Below the pieces are notes generated by a model. It ran no database searches, was not told where the DNA came from, and worked only from the letters and a program-made list of their open reading frames with translations. From IMG/VR virus record IMGVR_UViG_3300043418_000125, positions 1-54,147 of that record: 54,147 bases of DNA, one strand, 5' to 3'. The stretch is from a virus (lineage: Duplodnaviria; Caudoviricetes). Numbering within the stretch: the stretch's first letter is position 1; every line of letters starts with the position of its first letter. Below, piece by piece: positions 53,736-54,147 of the stretch. The position numbers were made by a program, and so were the translations under genes.

Positions 53736-54065
53736 TTAAGAGATTTCGAGAACGGATGTCAGCACGTCAACCGAGCTGGCCGTATCGGAGACAACAGTGA
53801 TCTTGTCACCGGCCTCGAGGACAACCTTCTGGTCGCCGCCGATTGGAATGAGTGCACCACCCACGGGAATCAATGCGCCCTTCACCAAATACACCGCCAC
53901 GCCACCGGCAGTCACCTTGATGTCTGCGTTGACGTTGTTGGCTGTGATGTTGGCAACAGACATGCCAATGATGGTTGCTTGCACGCCTGCACCGGCTGTG
54001 TACACATCAGCACCGGCTGTGCCGACGCCTGCGCTTACGTAGTTCTTGAAAGTGTTTGTAGCCAT
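53736..54065 (-). CDS. small virion/tail protein
   Basis: MATNTFKN...IGMSVAN...LVKGALIPVGGAL...KVVLEAGD...SVLEIS. Confidence 0.7.
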   Translation of the reverse strand: MATNTFKNYVSAGVGTAGADVYTAGAGVQATIIGMSVANITANNVNADIKVTAGGVAVYLVKGALIPVGGALIPIGGDQKVVLEAGDKITVVSDTASSVDVLTSVLEIS

Positions 54066-54147
54066 GATGTTTCCTTACAGAGCGATTGCAAACGCGAGTG
54101 CGCTGCCGAGAGTGGTTGAGCTGCCGTCGATGGCCTCTTGCTGAATT
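54021..54147. repeat. 127-bp direct terminal repeat (copy 2)
   Basis: identical to 1-127. Confidence 0.97.

Overview
This window appears to be a complete, circularly assembled temperate tailed-phage genome of about 54,020 bp; positions 1-127 are repeated exactly at 54021-54147. The virion looks podovirus-like, and the host is probably a betaproteobacterium (inference). There are four transcription blocks: (1) minus-strand virion genes running across the assembly junction (terS, terL, portal, scaffold, capsid, adaptors and fibres at 10709->55, continuing 54065->34423 through tail cassettes, lysis genes, nozzle, an Asp/Asn-hydroxylase, a GNAT and three ejection-type proteins including a 2684-aa polyvalent protein); (2) a plus-strand early block (12358-20830) headed by an AAA+ ATPase and a vWA-like partner; (3) a minus-strand replication block (27052->20858: YdaU/DUF1376-type initiator, DnaB-like helicase, DUF968, RuvC-like, Ntn protease-like, Q-like); (4) a plus-strand block with a 434-like repressor, Sak/YqaJ/SSB recombination genes, xis, int and an attP carrying the 3' half of tRNA-Ser(CGA). 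The most unusual signals are: a second, non-coding copy of the initiator-gene origin signature (five TGGTT heptamers plus ATCTGATTTC iterons) beside the packaging genes; a repressor that looks non-cleavable, has no cro partner and has ACAAG-N4-CTTG sites at four distant promoter regions; a structured RNA in the position where cro normally sits; a strict 20-aa-repeat protein next to a small fibre-like subunit; a shared [YFM]A[DN]GG motif in three virion-module proteins; and homology-bracketed tail receptor cassettes. All family assignments come from reading motifs by eye, not from database searches.
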